64,000 nucleotides of DNA from Verrucomicrobia bacterium SCGC AAA164-E04. Its GTDB lineage: Bacteria > Verrucomicrobiota > Verrucomicrobiia > Limisphaerales > AAA164-E04. Location of the stretch: NCBI GenBank assembly GCA_000383715.1, contig KB911950.1:1371-65370 (forward strand), read 5' to 3'. The notes under the pieces are model-generated. The model searched no databases. It was not told the origin of the DNA and saw only the letters and a list, made by a program, of their open reading frames with translations. The stretch's first letter is position 1; every line of letters starts with the position of its first letter. Made by a program: the position numbers and the translations under genes. Below are positions 32,932 to 43,266 of the stretch, piece after piece.

Positions 32932-33556
32932 ATGAAAATTAACGTTCAAAATACAAATGGGGAACCCGTAGAGGAGATGGAAGTCCCCTTTACGCTCGTC
33001 GAAGAGGGCGACAAGGGGTTGCAGGCGGTGCACGATACCGTCGTAGCTTACATGGCCTCACAGCGGAGCGGCACGGCCTGCGCAAAAAACACGTTCTGAG
33101 GTCGCTGGTACCGGCAAGAAACCTTGGAGGCAGAAAGGCACAGGACGTGCACGAGCTGGTTCTTTCCAGTCTCCTATCTGGCGAGGTGGCGGCGTTGTTT
33201 TTGGCCCACGTCCCCGAGATTTCCGCAAAGATGTTAACAAGAAAACACGTAAGTTGGCGCTGCAAAAGGCACTGACTGAGCGCATCAAATCCGGTGAAGT
33301 TCTTGTCGTCGATCAAATAAGTATTGATCAACCCAAAACCAAAGACTTCATTCGCATTTTGGATAATCTAAAGGTAGATGGCACTGCACTTCTGGTAACA
33401 ATCAATCCGGATCAAAATTTACAGCTGTCCACACGCAACGTATCCTATGTTGGGGTGACCACCAGTGAGTCTTTGAATACATATGACACACTCAAATACG
33501 ATCGCATCATCATCACAAGAGACGCGTTCAATGGACTGCAATCAAGACTCAGCTAA
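32932..33556 (+). CDS. rplD: 50S ribosomal protein L4, interrupted by a +1 frameshift (likely a sequencing artefact)
   Basis: ATG 32932 reads MKINVQ...QRSGTACAK and stops at TGA 33097-33099. The +1 frame continues TRSEVAGTGKKPWRQKGTGRARAGSFQSPIWRGGG...FGPRPR to stop 33556. Removing one A from the A6 run at 33084-33089 restores the protein. Confidence 0.93.
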
Positions 33557-33567
33557 TTTTTCTGACA

Positions 33568-33849
33568 ATGAACGCTTACGATATAATTAAAACAGTCAGA
33601 GTGACAGAAAAGGGGACTGAACAGTCACACGACTACAATCAGTACACTGTAGTGGCCAATCCTCGCGCCAACAAATTTCAGATCCGGGCTGCCGTTGAAG
33701 AATTGTTTAAAGTCAAAGTTGTTCGAGTTAACACTTTGAACGTTCATGGCAAGAAGCGACGTCAGCGAACCAAACAAGCAGGACGTGCTGCAAATTGGAA
33801 AAAGGCCATGGTCAAACTCAAAAGTGGTGACAAAATTGAATTAACTTAA
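33568..33849 (+). CDS. rplW: 50S ribosomal protein L23
   Basis: VTEKG, ANKFQIRAAVEELFKVKV, WKKAMV. Confidence 0.96.
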   Translation: MNAYDIIKTVRVTEKGTEQSHDYNQYTVVANPRANKFQIRAAVEELFKVKVVRVNTLNVHGKKRRQRTKQAGRAANWKKAMVKLKSGDKIELT

Positions 33850-33863
33850 TCGGAATAGAACCT

Positions 33864-34718
33864 ATGCCAGTTAAAACATTTAGACCATTAACTCCTGGTC
33901 GCCGATTCCTGACAGTTTCAGATTTTTCTAACATCACGAAGAAAAAGCCTGAAAAGAAACTAGTCAAGACCAAGAAAAAAACCGGTGGACGTAATTGCTA
34001 CGGCAGGATCACCGCTCGTGCAATTGGAGGAGGTCACAAGCAAAAAATTCGTACGGTAGATTTTCGCCGCAACAAACATGGTGTCGAAGCAGAAGTCATC
34101 GCGATTGAATACGATCCAATGCGTTCAGCGCGTTTGGCACTTCTGCAGTATTCTGACGGTGAAAAGCGGTATATCGTTGCACCTGTAGGAATGGAAATTG
34201 GTAACAAATTGATGAGCGGCCCAGAAGCCCCAGCCGAAGTAGGCAACTCAATGCCGCTGGGTAGCATTCCTGTAGCCACTCCGGTACACAATATTGAATT
34301 GATACCAGGACGAGGAGGTCAAATTGCTCGCACTGCCGGTAGTTTTGCAACTTTGATGTCACGTGACGGTGACTACGCGCAGATCAAAATGCCATCTGGC
34401 GAAATACGGCGTATCCACTGCAAATGTCAGGCGACCATAGGGCAGGTGGGTAACACCGATCACGAAAAAATCATTATTGGCAAAGCTGGTCGTAATCGTC
34501 ACCTTGGCAGGCGTCCAATGACTCGTGGCCTTGTTCGCAACCCTGTTGATCACCCTAATGGTGGTGGTAATGGAAAATCCAAGGGCGGTGGTGGGCGTCA
34601 ACATTTGGTCTCACCCTGGGGCTTGTTAGCTAAAGGTTATAAAACTCGTAACAAGCATAAAACATCCAATAAATTTATTCTGGTTCGCCGCGATGGTCGA
34701 CCCAACAAGCTCAAGTAA
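33864..34718 (+). CDS. rplB: 50S ribosomal protein L2
   Basis: GGRNCYGRIT, IEYDPMRSA, NPVDHPNGGG. Confidence 0.98.
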   Translation: MPVKTFRPLTPGRRFLTVSDFSNITKKKPEKKLVKTKKKTGGRNCYGRITARAIGGGHKQKIRTVDFRRNKHGVEAEVIAIEYDPMRSARLALLQYSDGEKRYIVAPVGMEIGNKLMSGPEAPAEVGNSMPLGSIPVATPVHNIELIPGRGGQIARTAGSFATLMSRDGDYAQIKMPSGEIRRIHCKCQATIGQVGNTDHEKIIIGKAGRNRHLGRRPMTRGLVRNPVDHPNGGGNGKSKGGGGRQHLVSPWGLLAKGYKTRNKHKTSNKFILVRRDGRPNKLK

Positions 34719-34728
34719 TTTTTGACCT

Positions 34729-35007
34729 ATGTCACGTTCAATTAAAAAGGGATTTTTTGTAGACGAGAGTCTTCAAAGAAAAATCGACAAGATGAATGAA
34801 AGTGGGAACAAACGTCCCATCAAAACTTGGTCGCGTCGATCGACTGTCACTCCCGAACTTGTAGGGAACACCGTAAATGTTCACAATGGCAAAGTGTTTA
34901 TCACTGTTTTTATCACTGAAAACATGGTGGGTCACAAATTGGGAGAATTCGCACTGACACGAACATTTAAAGGCCATGGTGCACATACTGCCAAGGTGAC
35001 TAAATAA
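34729..35007 (+). CDS. rpsS: 30S ribosomal protein S19
   Basis: [22 protein letters not shown]. Confidence 0.98.
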   Translation: MSRSIKKGFFVDESLQRKIDKMNESGNKRPIKTWSRRSTVTPELVGNTVNVHNGKVFITVFITENMVGHKLGEFALTRTFKGHGAHTAKVTK

Positions 35008-35011
35008 TAGT

Positions 35012-35347
35012 ATGGAAGTTCAAGCCATTACAAAAAACGTCCGGATGTCTGCACAAAAAATGCGGGAAGTCGTCCGCCAGATTCAAGGAATGAATGCACT
35101 TCAAGCAGTTGCTGTTTTAGGAGCTGTTCCACGAAAATCAGCGCGTGTTGTAGCAAAGACACTTAAAAGTGCCATTGCCAACGCAGAACATAACAATAAC
35201 GCACGACCTGAATCACTCGTTGTCAAAATGGCAGTTGCCGGTCACGGACCTGTCATGAAACGTTTTATTCCGAAAGCACGCGGATCTGCTGGTCCTATCC
35301 TTAAGCGCTCGTGCCACGTAAAAATAGTCGTCTCTGATCTTAGCTAA
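35012..35347 (+). CDS. rplV: 50S ribosomal protein L22
   Basis: VRMSAQKMR, LKSAIANAEHN, PKARG. Confidence 0.97.
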   Translation: MEVQAITKNVRMSAQKMREVVRQIQGMNALQAVAVLGAVPRKSARVVAKTLKSAIANAEHNNNARPESLVVKMAVAGHGPVMKRFIPKARGSAGPILKRSCHVKIVVSDLS

Positions 35348-35356
35348 TTTGTAATT

Positions 35357-36022
35357 ATGGGACAAAAAGCCAATCCAATCGGTTTAAGAATCGCCCTCCA
35401 TCGTGACTGGCGATCCAAATGGTTCTCTGACAAAAAACACTTCGGAGAATTGCTGGCGGAGGATCATCAGATCCGATCGTTTTTAAAGAGAAAGCTAGAA
35501 ACGGCCGCCGTGCCTCGAATCCAGATCGAACGCGCAGCGTCTCGCTGCCGAGTGACTATCCACACTGCACGTCCTGGTGTTGTGATCGGTCGCAAAGGAG
35601 CTGAAATCGATAAAATCAAGGAACAACTTAGCTTGATGACCGGCAAAGAAGTTTACGTCGACATCCAGGAAGTTAAAAACCCTGAACTCAACGCACAACT
35701 TGTTGCCGAGAACATTTCACTGCAACTCGAACGTCGCGTATCCTTCCGCCGTGCGATGAAAAAAGCACTCCAAACCACCATGGACTTTGGTGCAGACGGA
35801 ATTCGAATTCGTTGCGCTGGTCGTCTTGGTGGTGCGGAACTCGCCAGAGTTGAGTCATACAATCAAGGTCGGGTTCCATTGCATACTCTGAGAGCGAACA
35901 TTGATTATGGGTTCTCGGAAGCGAAAACTTTATACGGGATTTTGGGAGTGAAGTGTTGGATTTGTAAGGGAGATATCAAGCTTGATAAGCCTGAACGCCC
36001 TGCTTACACAGAGTCCGTCTAA
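35357..36022 (+). CDS. rpsC: 30S ribosomal protein S3
   Basis: [36 protein letters not shown]. Confidence 0.98.
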   Translation: MGQKANPIGLRIALHRDWRSKWFSDKKHFGELLAEDHQIRSFLKRKLETAAVPRIQIERAASRCRVTIHTARPGVVIGRKGAEIDKIKEQLSLMTGKEVYVDIQEVKNPELNAQLVAENISLQLERRVSFRRAMKKALQTTMDFGADGIRIRCAGRLGGAELARVESYNQGRVPLHTLRANIDYGFSEAKTLYGILGVKCWICKGDIKLDKPERPAYTESV

Positions 36023-36056
36023 CAAATTTTTATTAATTATTAAGAAAGGTTAAATT

Positions 36057-36476
36057 ATGCCATTGATGCCATCTAGGGTAAAATACAGGCGCATGCATCG
36101 CGGCAATCGTGCCGGTCTGGCACGTAGGGGGGAAACCGTCGCCTTCGGCGAGTTTGGTCTCCAAGCCCTTGAGCGTTGCTGGTTGAATAACAAAGTGATT
36201 GAAGCAGCACGTGTTGCCATCACCCGTAACATGAAACGACGCGGGAAGGTCTGGATTCGAGTGTTTCCGGACAAAACATTCACCAAGAAACCACTCGAAG
36301 TGCGAATGGGAAAAGGTAAGGGGCCTGTAGCGGGTTGGGTAGCTGTTATTCGCCCAGCCAACATCCTCTTTGAATTGGATGGAGTTCCTGAAAGTGTAGC
36401 ACGTGAATCTCTCCGTTTGGCAGCCTCAAAATTGCCGATCCGAACTAAATTTATTTCAAGACACAAGTTAGGTTGA
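36057..36476 (+). CDS. rplP: 50S ribosomal protein L16
   Basis: [23 protein letters not shown]. Confidence 0.98.
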   Translation: MPLMPSRVKYRRMHRGNRAGLARRGETVAFGEFGLQALERCWLNNKVIEAARVAITRNMKRRGKVWIRVFPDKTFTKKPLEVRMGKGKGPVAGWVAVIRPANILFELDGVPESVARESLRLAASKLPIRTKFISRHKLG

Positions 36477-36480
36477 TCAT

Positions 36481-36690
36481 ATGGCTGTAAAATTCTCAGA
36501 AGTCGTTGAACTGTCCCAGGCCGAATTGGTCGCCAAGGGGCGGGAAATGCGACAGGAACTTTTTAATCTAAAACTCCAGAAGGCTAGTAGCCAGCTGGAA
36601 AAACCCTCGCGCTTACGGGATCTCAGGCGAGGTATCGCTAGAGTCGAAACGCAGTTGTCCGTTTTGCGCCAGCAACCCGACGCCAAGTAA
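36481..36690 (+). CDS. rpmC: 50S ribosomal protein L29
   Basis: ELFNLKLQ...LEKPSRLRDLRRGIARVET. Confidence 0.95.
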   Translation: MAVKFSEVVELSQAELVAKGREMRQELFNLKLQKASSQLEKPSRLRDLRRGIARVETQLSVLRQQPDAK

Positions 36691-36704
36691 TTATATTCCA
36701 AACC

Positions 36705-36977
36705 ATGTCTGAAGAGCAAACAACACGCGGGCATCGCAAACTTCGCATTGGCGAAGTTATTTCTGACAAGATGGAAAAAACCATCGTTGTAAGAGTAAGA
36801 CGCCGTATCACTCATCCTAAATTTAAAAAGATCATGACCGTATTCAGCAAGTGTTATGCACATGATGAAAAGAGCCAAGCCAAGGTAGGTGATCAGGTCA
36901 GGATTCAGGAAACAAGGCCACTGTCGAAAAGCAAATGCTGGCGGTTGGTTGAAATAACTCATCAAGCTGAAGTCTAA
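36705..36977 (+). CDS. rpsQ: 30S ribosomal protein S17
   Basis: SDKMEKTIVV, AHDE, ETRPLSKSK. Confidence 0.97.
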   Translation: MSEEQTTRGHRKLRIGEVISDKMEKTIVVRVRRRITHPKFKKIMTVFSKCYAHDEKSQAKVGDQVRIQETRPLSKSKCWRLVEITHQAEV

Positions 36978-36995
36978 ATCGTTTAGGAGTTAAAT

Positions 36996-37361
36996 ATGTT
37001 ACAATTACGTTCAGTTTTAAACGTGGCAGACAACACAGGAGCCAAAAAAGCATCTGCCATCGCTGCGTTAGGTAAAACACAGCGCTACGCCAAAATCGGT
37101 GATGTGCTGAAGGTGCACATCAAGGAAGCTGCACCAGACGGTTCTGTCAAAAAAGGCGATGTGGTTAATGCTGTTGTAGTGAGAACCCGTAAAGCTATTC
37201 ACCGTGCGGATGGTTCGGTCTTACGATTTGACAGCAATGCCGTTGTGATCATTGATAAAGACAAAAACCCCAAAGGGACACGTATTTTCGGCCCAGTTGC
37301 TCGTGAATTACGTGAGAAGCGTTTCATGAAAATTGTATCATTGGCCCCAGAAGTTATTTAA
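36996..37361 (+). CDS. rplN: 50S ribosomal protein L14
   Basis: [21 protein letters not shown]. Confidence 0.98.
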   Translation: MLQLRSVLNVADNTGAKKASAIAALGKTQRYAKIGDVLKVHIKEAAPDGSVKKGDVVNAVVVRTRKAIHRADGSVLRFDSNAVVIIDKDKNPKGTRIFGPVARELREKRFMKIVSLAPEVI

Positions 37362-37367
37362 ATCATC

Positions 37368-37625
37368 ATGCCCACAAAATTTCATGTCAAACGAGGCGAC
37401 GAGGTGGTCGTCATAGCGGGAGCTGAAAAAGGTAAACGAGGGAAAATTATTCAGGTCGTACCTAAAAAAGAACGTGTGATTGTTGAAGGTATTAATATCA
37501 TCAAAAAACACATTAAACGCAACCAACAACATCCTGAAGGAACGATACTTGAGCGTGAGGCCGCAATTCACATTTCAAATGTGATGAAGGCAGAGCGCTA
37601 CGACGCCAAACGCCAGACCGCCTGA
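37368..37625 (+). CDS. rplX: 50S ribosomal protein L24
   Basis: KOW motif [28 protein letters not shown]. Confidence 0.97.
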   Translation: MPTKFHVKRGDEVVVIAGAEKGKRGKIIQVVPKKERVIVEGINIIKKHIKRNQQHPEGTILEREAAIHISNVMKAERYDAKRQTA

Positions 37626-37648
37626 TACCTTCAACCTACAAAGGTTAT

Positions 37649-38188
37649 ATGAAACCGAGACTTTTTGATAAATACGTAAAAGAAATTCGTCCGCAACTGA
37701 TGAAAGATGGGAAGTTTTCCAATGTTCATCAGGTGCCCGCCATCAACAAGATAGTCATTAACATGGGTGTCAGCGGAATGGTTGAAAAGGGTGCGTTGGA
37801 AAACGCTGCTGCAGACCTAACAACAATTACAGGCCGTAAACCCGTTTATTGTCTTGCTAGGAAAAGTGTTTCCAATTTTAAATTAAGACAGGGTCAGGCC
37901 ATTGGTTGCAAAGTAACTCTTCGAAGAACTAGCATGTGGGAATTCTTTGATCGCTTGGTCACTGCAGCATTGCCTCGAATCCGAGATTTCCGTGGTATCT
38001 CAAAAAAAGCCTTTGACGGTAGAGGTAATTATTCTCTCGGAATCAATGATCAAAGCATTTTCCCTGAAATTGAATTGGATAAGGTAAAACGCCAACAAGG
38101 CATGGACATCACCATTGTCACATCTGCGGCGAACGATACAGACGCCCACGAACTACTTACACTCATGGGGATGCCTTTCACCAAGTAA
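37649..38188 (+). CDS. rplE: 50S ribosomal protein L5
   Basis: KIVINMGV, GCKVTLR, LPRIRDFRG, FDGRGNY. Confidence 0.98.
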   Translation: MKPRLFDKYVKEIRPQLMKDGKFSNVHQVPAINKIVINMGVSGMVEKGALENAAADLTTITGRKPVYCLARKSVSNFKLRQGQAIGCKVTLRRTSMWEFFDRLVTAALPRIRDFRGISKKAFDGRGNYSLGINDQSIFPEIELDKVKRQQGMDITIVTSAANDTDAHELLTLMGMPFTK

Positions 38189-38220
38189 ACCGACTTTAAG
38201 AATCAAAACCAGAATAACCT

Positions 38221-38490
38221 ATGGCAAAATCTGCTTGGAAAGAACGTAACAAAAAAAAGCAACGTACGGTTGAAAAGTACGCGGAATTAAGATCTGAACT
38301 ACGTGCGAAACGTGATTATTCAGGCTTAACAAAGTTACCCCGCAATGCCAGCCCTACGCGTGTCGTAAACCGTTGTAAGATATCAGGTCGTCGTCACGGT
38401 TACTTACGAAAGTTCGGGGTATCAAGATTAACATTTCGTGAAATGGCCCTACATGGGCTTATTCCGGGTATTACAAAAGCCAGCTGGTAA
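38221..38490 (+). CDS. rpsN: 30S ribosomal protein S14 (89-aa, non-Zn type)
   Basis: [28 protein letters not shown]; only one Cys. Confidence 0.96.
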   Translation: MAKSAWKERNKKKQRTVEKYAELRSELRAKRDYSGLTKLPRNASPTRVVNRCKISGRRHGYLRKFGVSRLTFREMALHGLIPGITKASW

Positions 38491-38505
38491 AGAAATTTCG
38501 ATAAT

Positions 38506-38889
38506 ATGGACCCTATAGCTGACATGCTGACTATCTTACGTAACGCTAACGCTGCACTCCTGCCTCAAGTAGAGTTACGTCATTCCAAAGTCAAAGAAAG
38601 TATCGCTGATATCTTGAAAAAGGAAGGTTTTATCACCGACTATCAAGTGTCTGGCGACAATATCAAAAAATTGCAGATTGCATTGAAATACAACGGACGT
38701 ACCGGTGTTTTTGCTGGCTTGAAAAAAGTAAGTAAGCCAGGCCTGAGACGTTATGTTGGATCTGCTGAAGTGCCCAAAGTTCTTGGCGGCATGGGAATCT
38801 CTATCGTATCAACCTCTCGAGGCTTGATGACAGGGACCCAGGCTCGTAGAGACAACGTCGGCGGTGAACTTCTATGCTACGTCTGGTAA
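38506..38889 (+). CDS. rpsH: 30S ribosomal protein S8
   Basis: DPIADMLT, SKPGLRRY, GGELLCYVW. Confidence 0.98.
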   Translation: MDPIADMLTILRNANAALLPQVELRHSKVKESIADILKKEGFITDYQVSGDNIKKLQIALKYNGRTGVFAGLKKVSKPGLRRYVGSAEVPKVLGGMGISIVSTSRGLMTGTQARRDNVGGELLCYVW

Positions 38890-38912
38890 TTGAATCTTAA
38901 ATAAATTTTAAA

Positions 38913-39452
38913 ATGTCACGCATTGGTAAAATCCCGGTCATAATTCCGGATAAAGTTAAGGTTCAGGTAAAGAACCAGCATGTAGCAGTTGAAGGTCCTA
39001 ATGGCAAATTAGCTCTAGATGTTCACCATTTGGCTACTGTCAAGGTTGATGATCAACAAGTCCTTGTTACGCGACCGAACGACAACAAGGAATCGAAAGC
39101 CATACACGGTCTCGTGCGCTCACTGATCCAGAATATGGTGATTGGTGTAAGCAAGGGCTTTGTCAAACAACTTGAAATTCAAGGCGTTGGTTTCAAGGCC
39201 ACGTTGGCCAACAAGAAAATCACCCTGAATCTAGGATATTCACACGAAATCGTCTATCCAGTACCTGACACGATTGTTGTGACTCTTGAAGATGGTGGAA
39301 CCAAGATCAAGATCGAAGGTCCCGACAAACAACTTGTGGGTAAAGTAGCTTCCGAAATCCGCAGTTTTTATCCTCCAGAACCTTACAAAGGTAAAGGTGT
39401 GCGTTACAGTGATGAGAAGGTCAAACGTAAAGAAGGTAAGACTGTTCAATAA
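38913..39452 (+). CDS. rplF: 50S ribosomal protein L6
   Basis: MSRIGK, PPEPYKGKGVRY. Confidence 0.98.
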   Translation: MSRIGKIPVIIPDKVKVQVKNQHVAVEGPNGKLALDVHHLATVKVDDQQVLVTRPNDNKESKAIHGLVRSLIQNMVIGVSKGFVKQLEIQGVGFKATLANKKITLNLGYSHEIVYPVPDTIVVTLEDGGTKIKIEGPDKQLVGKVASEIRSFYPPEPYKGKGVRYSDEKVKRKEGKTVQ

Positions 39453-39492
39453 TTTTGAATAACGCTCACGGCAAAATCCGTGATCCTAAATA

Positions 39493-39858
39493 ATGAAATC
39501 TAATAACAATCGATACAAAGTCCAGAAGCGCCGTTGGCGTACGCGGAAAAAAGTCGTGGGTAGCGCGGAACGACCTCGTATGAGTGTCCGTTTTACAGGC
39601 AAGAACATTTACGTTCAATTTATTGACGACGCCAATGGGCATACCGTTGCATCTGTATCTTCCATGCACAAATCAGTAGAAGATAGAGATCAACTCAAAG
39701 CCAATGTTGCAAGTGCTAGCAAACTAGGCGCTCAAGCCGCATCAATCGCCAAGGAAGCAGGTATCGAAAAGGTCGTTTTTGACCGAAGCGGTGCTAAATA
39801 TCATGGAAAAGTCAAAGCATTAGCAGACGCCGCACGTGATGGTGGCCTGACTTTCTGA
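39493..39858 (+). CDS. rplR: 50S ribosomal protein L18
   Basis: ERPRMSV, VVFDR...YHGKVKALADAAR. Confidence 0.97.
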   Translation: MKSNNNRYKVQKRRWRTRKKVVGSAERPRMSVRFTGKNIYVQFIDDANGHTVASVSSMHKSVEDRDQLKANVASASKLGAQAASIAKEAGIEKVVFDRSGAKYHGKVKALADAARDGGLTF

Positions 39859-39894
39859 CCCAAGTAGGCATAAAAAATTTATAGGAGATACACT

Positions 39895-40560
39895 GTGGCT
39901 GAAAATCAAAATCCAAGTCAAAATTCCAGAAACAACCGAGGACCTTTCCAGGGAGGCAACCGCGGTGGCGGACCCAACCGTGGAGGCGGAGGGCGCTTCA
40001 ATCGACGGCCCCGTAGGGATCAGAATAACCACGACGACAGAGGTCCAGAGTTATTCGAAAAGGTTATTTATATCAATCGTTCCTCCAAAGTGGTTAAGGG
40101 AGGCCGGCGATTCAACTTCAGCGCCTTGGTTATTGTTGGTAACCGAGAGGGTAAAGTTGGTCTTGGCTTTGGAAAAGCCGGTGAGGTGGCTAGTGCCATC
40201 AAGAAAGGCAGCGACAACGCTCGCGCAGAAATGGTGAGTGTATCACTTCGCAATGATACGATTCCCCATGAGGTGCGTTCCATATATGACGGAGCCAATA
40301 TCCTTTTGAAACCTGCCTGCCCAGGAACAGGTGTCATTGCCGGCAAAGTTGTGCGCTCGGTCCTTGATGCAGCAGGCGTTTCAAACGTTTTATCAAAATC
40401 TCTAGGTTCCAAAAACGCGGCTAATGTCGCTAAAGCAACCTTGCAAGCACTTCAACAGCTTCAGCTGAAGAAAGACATCTACGCTAAAAGAGGCATGGAA
40501 GTGCGAACCCCAGCTGCACCAGAGGCAGTTACAGCAGAAAAAACCGAAGCAGTTAATTAA
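39895..40560 (+). CDS. rpsE: 30S ribosomal protein S5 with N/G/R-rich N-terminal extension
   Basis: KVVKGGRRFNFSAL, GTGVIAG, SKSLGS. GTG start preceded by AGGAG. Confidence 0.97.
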   Translation: MAENQNPSQNSRNNRGPFQGGNRGGGPNRGGGGRFNRRPRRDQNNHDDRGPELFEKVIYINRSSKVVKGGRRFNFSALVIVGNREGKVGLGFGKAGEVASAIKKGSDNARAEMVSVSLRNDTIPHEVRSIYDGANILLKPACPGTGVIAGKVVRSVLDAAGVSNVLSKSLGSKNAANVAKATLQALQQLQLKKDIYAKRGMEVRTPAAPEAVTAEKTEAVN

Positions 40561-40566
40561 ATTTCT

Positions 40567-41043
40567 ATGCGACTTCATGACTTAAAGCCCCAACCGGGCG
40601 CAAAACACCGAAGAAAACGGCTTGGCCGTGGTGAAGGCAGTGGTCTTGGTAAAACCAGTGGACGCGGTCACAAAGGACAGCGTTCTCGCTCAGGCGGGAC
40701 TGTTCGCGAAGGCTTCGAAGGTGGCCAGATGCCTCTTCATCGTCGTTTACCAAAACGTGGTTTTAACAATGCGGATCACACCACCTATTACATACCCGTA
40801 AACATTTCCAGTCTGGAAAGTTTTGAGGCTGGTAGTGTAGTTGATGTCGAGACACTGCGCAAAGCTGGATTGGCTCAGGGCAGTGGTCAGGGTGTGAAAA
40901 TCCTAGGCAATGGTGAGCTTTCCAAAAAATTGACCCTCAAAGTGCAAGCATTCAGTGCTTCGGCCAAACAAAAAATCGAGTCCGCAGGTGGTACCTGTGA
41001 GGCCGTGGCCTTGATACCCAAAACGGGCAAACGTGCTCTTTAA
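40567..41043 (+). CDS. rplO: 50S ribosomal protein L15
   Basis: [27 protein letters not shown]. Confidence 0.98.
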   Translation: MRLHDLKPQPGAKHRRKRLGRGEGSGLGKTSGRGHKGQRSRSGGTVREGFEGGQMPLHRRLPKRGFNNADHTTYYIPVNISSLESFEAGSVVDVETLRKAGLAQGSGQGVKILGNGELSKKLTLKVQAFSASAKQKIESAGGTCEAVALIPKTGKRAL

Positions 41044-41055
41044 TCGATACCCCAC

Positions 41056-42432
41056 ATGTTAGCCATCGTTCAAACATTCAGCAATTGCTTCAAGATCCCC
41101 GAGTTGAAATCTCGGATCATCTTTACACTATTGCTTCTTTCTATCTGCCGATTAATCGCATTGGTACCCGTTCCTGGATTGGATGGTGCTCTTTTATCTG
41201 ACTTTTTAGCCCAAACAGCTGAACAGGACGATCGAAGTTTACTTGGCATGTATAGTCTGTTCACCGGTGGAGCACTGGAACGTTGCGCTATTGGTTCTTT
41301 GGGAATCATGCCTTATATCAGCGCAACGATCATCATTCAATTAATGACAGCGGTCTTGCCGGGATTAAGCAAACTCGCCCGTGAAGAAGGCGGACGTGCT
41401 AAAATTATCCAGTATGGTCGTTATTTGACCTTGATTTTATGTCTGGGACAAGGTTTCGTCATGGCCCTTGGTTGGGAAAATCCAGCAAAGATCTTTGATG
41501 GATTCACGGGGCAATTAGTTCTTTCAGACGCTATCTGGTGGTATCGCATCCAGACAGTGCTTGTACTGACAACAGGAACACTGCTGTTGATGTGGCTTGG
41601 AGAACAGATTACAGAACGGGGCATTGGCAACGGTATATCTCTTGTCATAACGATTGGTATACTCGCTCGACTGCCTTCTGCCGTGAATCAGGTTTACACG
41701 ATGTTCTTCCCTCCTGAAGGTGTGGTTGCTCAGTATAACCTACTCCACCTTGTAGGGTTGGTTCTCATCTTTGCCGCAGTGACTGCATTAGTCATTGCAG
41801 TGACGCAGGCTCAAAGAAAAATACCGGTGCAATATGCCCAACGAGCAGTGGGACGAAAAGTGTATTCAGGCGGAAGTTCATTCATGCCCTTGCGCGTTAA
41901 TTACGCTGGGGTGATGCCTATCATCTTCGCTCAAGCAATTTTAATGTTCCCTGACAGAATTTTCATGCAGCTTGGAAGAATCACAGAGATCAAACTTTTT
42001 GAGGATATAAGCCGTATGATTGCTTATGGTAGCGGTGGATTCATGCTACTTGAAGGCTTGATGATCCTATTTTTCTCATACTTCTGGGTTGCGACTCAGT
42101 TCAACGAAATTCAAATTGCGGATGATCTCAAAAAATATGGTGGATACATACCGGGCGTTCGACCCGGAACGGCTACCAGTGATTTTCTTCATCGCACAAT
42201 GAGCCGGATCACTTTTGCTGGAGCAATGTTCCTCACAGGTATTGCAATTATTCCACCATTATTGCATACGGCAATGAATGTTCCGTTTGCTGCAGCCACT
42301 TTCTTCGGCGGCACAAGTCTATTGATTACAGTAGGCGTGGTATTGGACACAATGCGTCAAATGGAATCTCATTTATTGACCCGTCACTATGATGGTTTTC
42401 TCAAGAAAGGGAAAATTAAGGGTCGTTTCTAA
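41056..42432 (+). CDS. secY: Preprotein translocase subunit SecY
   Basis: LGIMPYISATII, GIGNGISL, AGVMPIIFA, IPGVRPG, GGTSLLI. Confidence 0.98.
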   Translation: MLAIVQTFSNCFKIPELKSRIIFTLLLLSICRLIALVPVPGLDGALLSDFLAQTAEQDDRSLLGMYSLFTGGALERCAIGSLGIMPYISATIIIQLMTAVLPGLSKLAREEGGRAKIIQYGRYLTLILCLGQGFVMALGWENPAKIFDGFTGQLVLSDAIWWYRIQTVLVLTTGTLLLMWLGEQITERGIGNGISLVITIGILARLPSAVNQVYTMFFPPEGVVAQYNLLHLVGLVLIFAAVTALVIAVTQAQRKIPVQYAQRAVGRKVYSGGSSFMPLRVNYAGVMPIIFAQAILMFPDRIFMQLGRITEIKLFEDISRMIAYGSGGFMLLEGLMILFFSYFWVATQFNEIQIADDLKKYGGYIPGVRPGTATSDFLHRTMSRITFAGAMFLTGIAIIPPLLHTAMNVPFAAATFFGGTSLLITVGVVLDTMRQMESHLLTRHYDGFLKKGKIKGRF

Positions 42433-42486
42433 TAAGTGCTTACGTCTCTCCAGTTCCTACGCATTTAAACACGACTTATTTCCGTC

Positions 42487-43266
42487 ATGATTCGCCCTAA
42501 AAATGTAAAGGAAATTGAAGGAATGCGCGACGCCGGCGCTATGGCGAACACGGTTTTACTGGAAACAGCAAAGATCATAACACCTGGGATAAGCACGCGT
42601 GAAATTGACGAATTTGCTGCAGAGTGCATTGAGCGGTATAAAGGAAAGTCTGCATTTTTAGGCTACAGGGGTTACCCTTGTCACACTTGTATCTCGGTCA
42701 ATGAAGAAGTAGTCCATGGTATTTCCGGCTCTCGAACCATTCAGTTTGGAGACATCATCAGTCTTGATGTCGGGGTGACGTATCAAGGTTTTATAGGAGA
42801 CAACGCAATTACAGTGGCCGCGGGTGGTTGCGAGGTTGAAATTCAGAATTTAATGGATGTGACACAACGTTCGTTGGATGAAGGAATCAAGGCAGCTGTG
42901 TTAGGAAATCGGGTGGTAGACATATCTCGTGCAATTCAAAAACACGTGGAATCAAATGGCTACAGTGTGGTCCGTGAGTTTGTAGGTCACGGTGTTGGGC
43001 GAACAATGCATGAAGAACCGCAGATACCGAATTTCGTTGATGGTGCGCCATCGCCGAAATTAAAGGCCGGTATGACAATTGCAATTGAGCCTATGGTTAA
43101 CATGGGTAAACCGGAAGTCCTAATTCTGGAGGACGGTTGGACAGTGATTACAAAAGATCGCAAGCCATCAGCTCACTTTGAGCACACCATTTTGGTGACA
43201 GAAGAGGAACCTGAAATTTTGACATGTGCGACCCGGATGGATTCGAAGGCAGAGGCGTCGTCCTAA
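42487..43266 (+). CDS. map: Methionine aminopeptidase type I
   Basis: CISVNEEVVHGI, GHGVG...HEEP, AIEPMV, SAHFEHT. Confidence 0.97.
   Translation: MIRPKNVKEIEGMRDAGAMANTVLLETAKIITPGISTREIDEFAAECIERYKGKSAFLGYRGYPCHTCISVNEEVVHGISGSRTIQFGDIISLDVGVTYQGFIGDNAITVAAGGCEVEIQNLMDVTQRSLDEGIKAAVLGNRVVDISRAIQKHVESNGYSVVREFVGHGVGRTMHEEPQIPNFVDGAPSPKLKAGMTIAIEPMVNMGKPEVLILEDGWTVITKDRKPSAHFEHTILVTEEEPEILTCATRMDSKAEASS

Noticed and set aside
33097-33099. Selenocysteine or stop read-through at the rplD TGA
   Set aside because: The downstream L4 sequence is in a different frame, so read-through cannot restore it.
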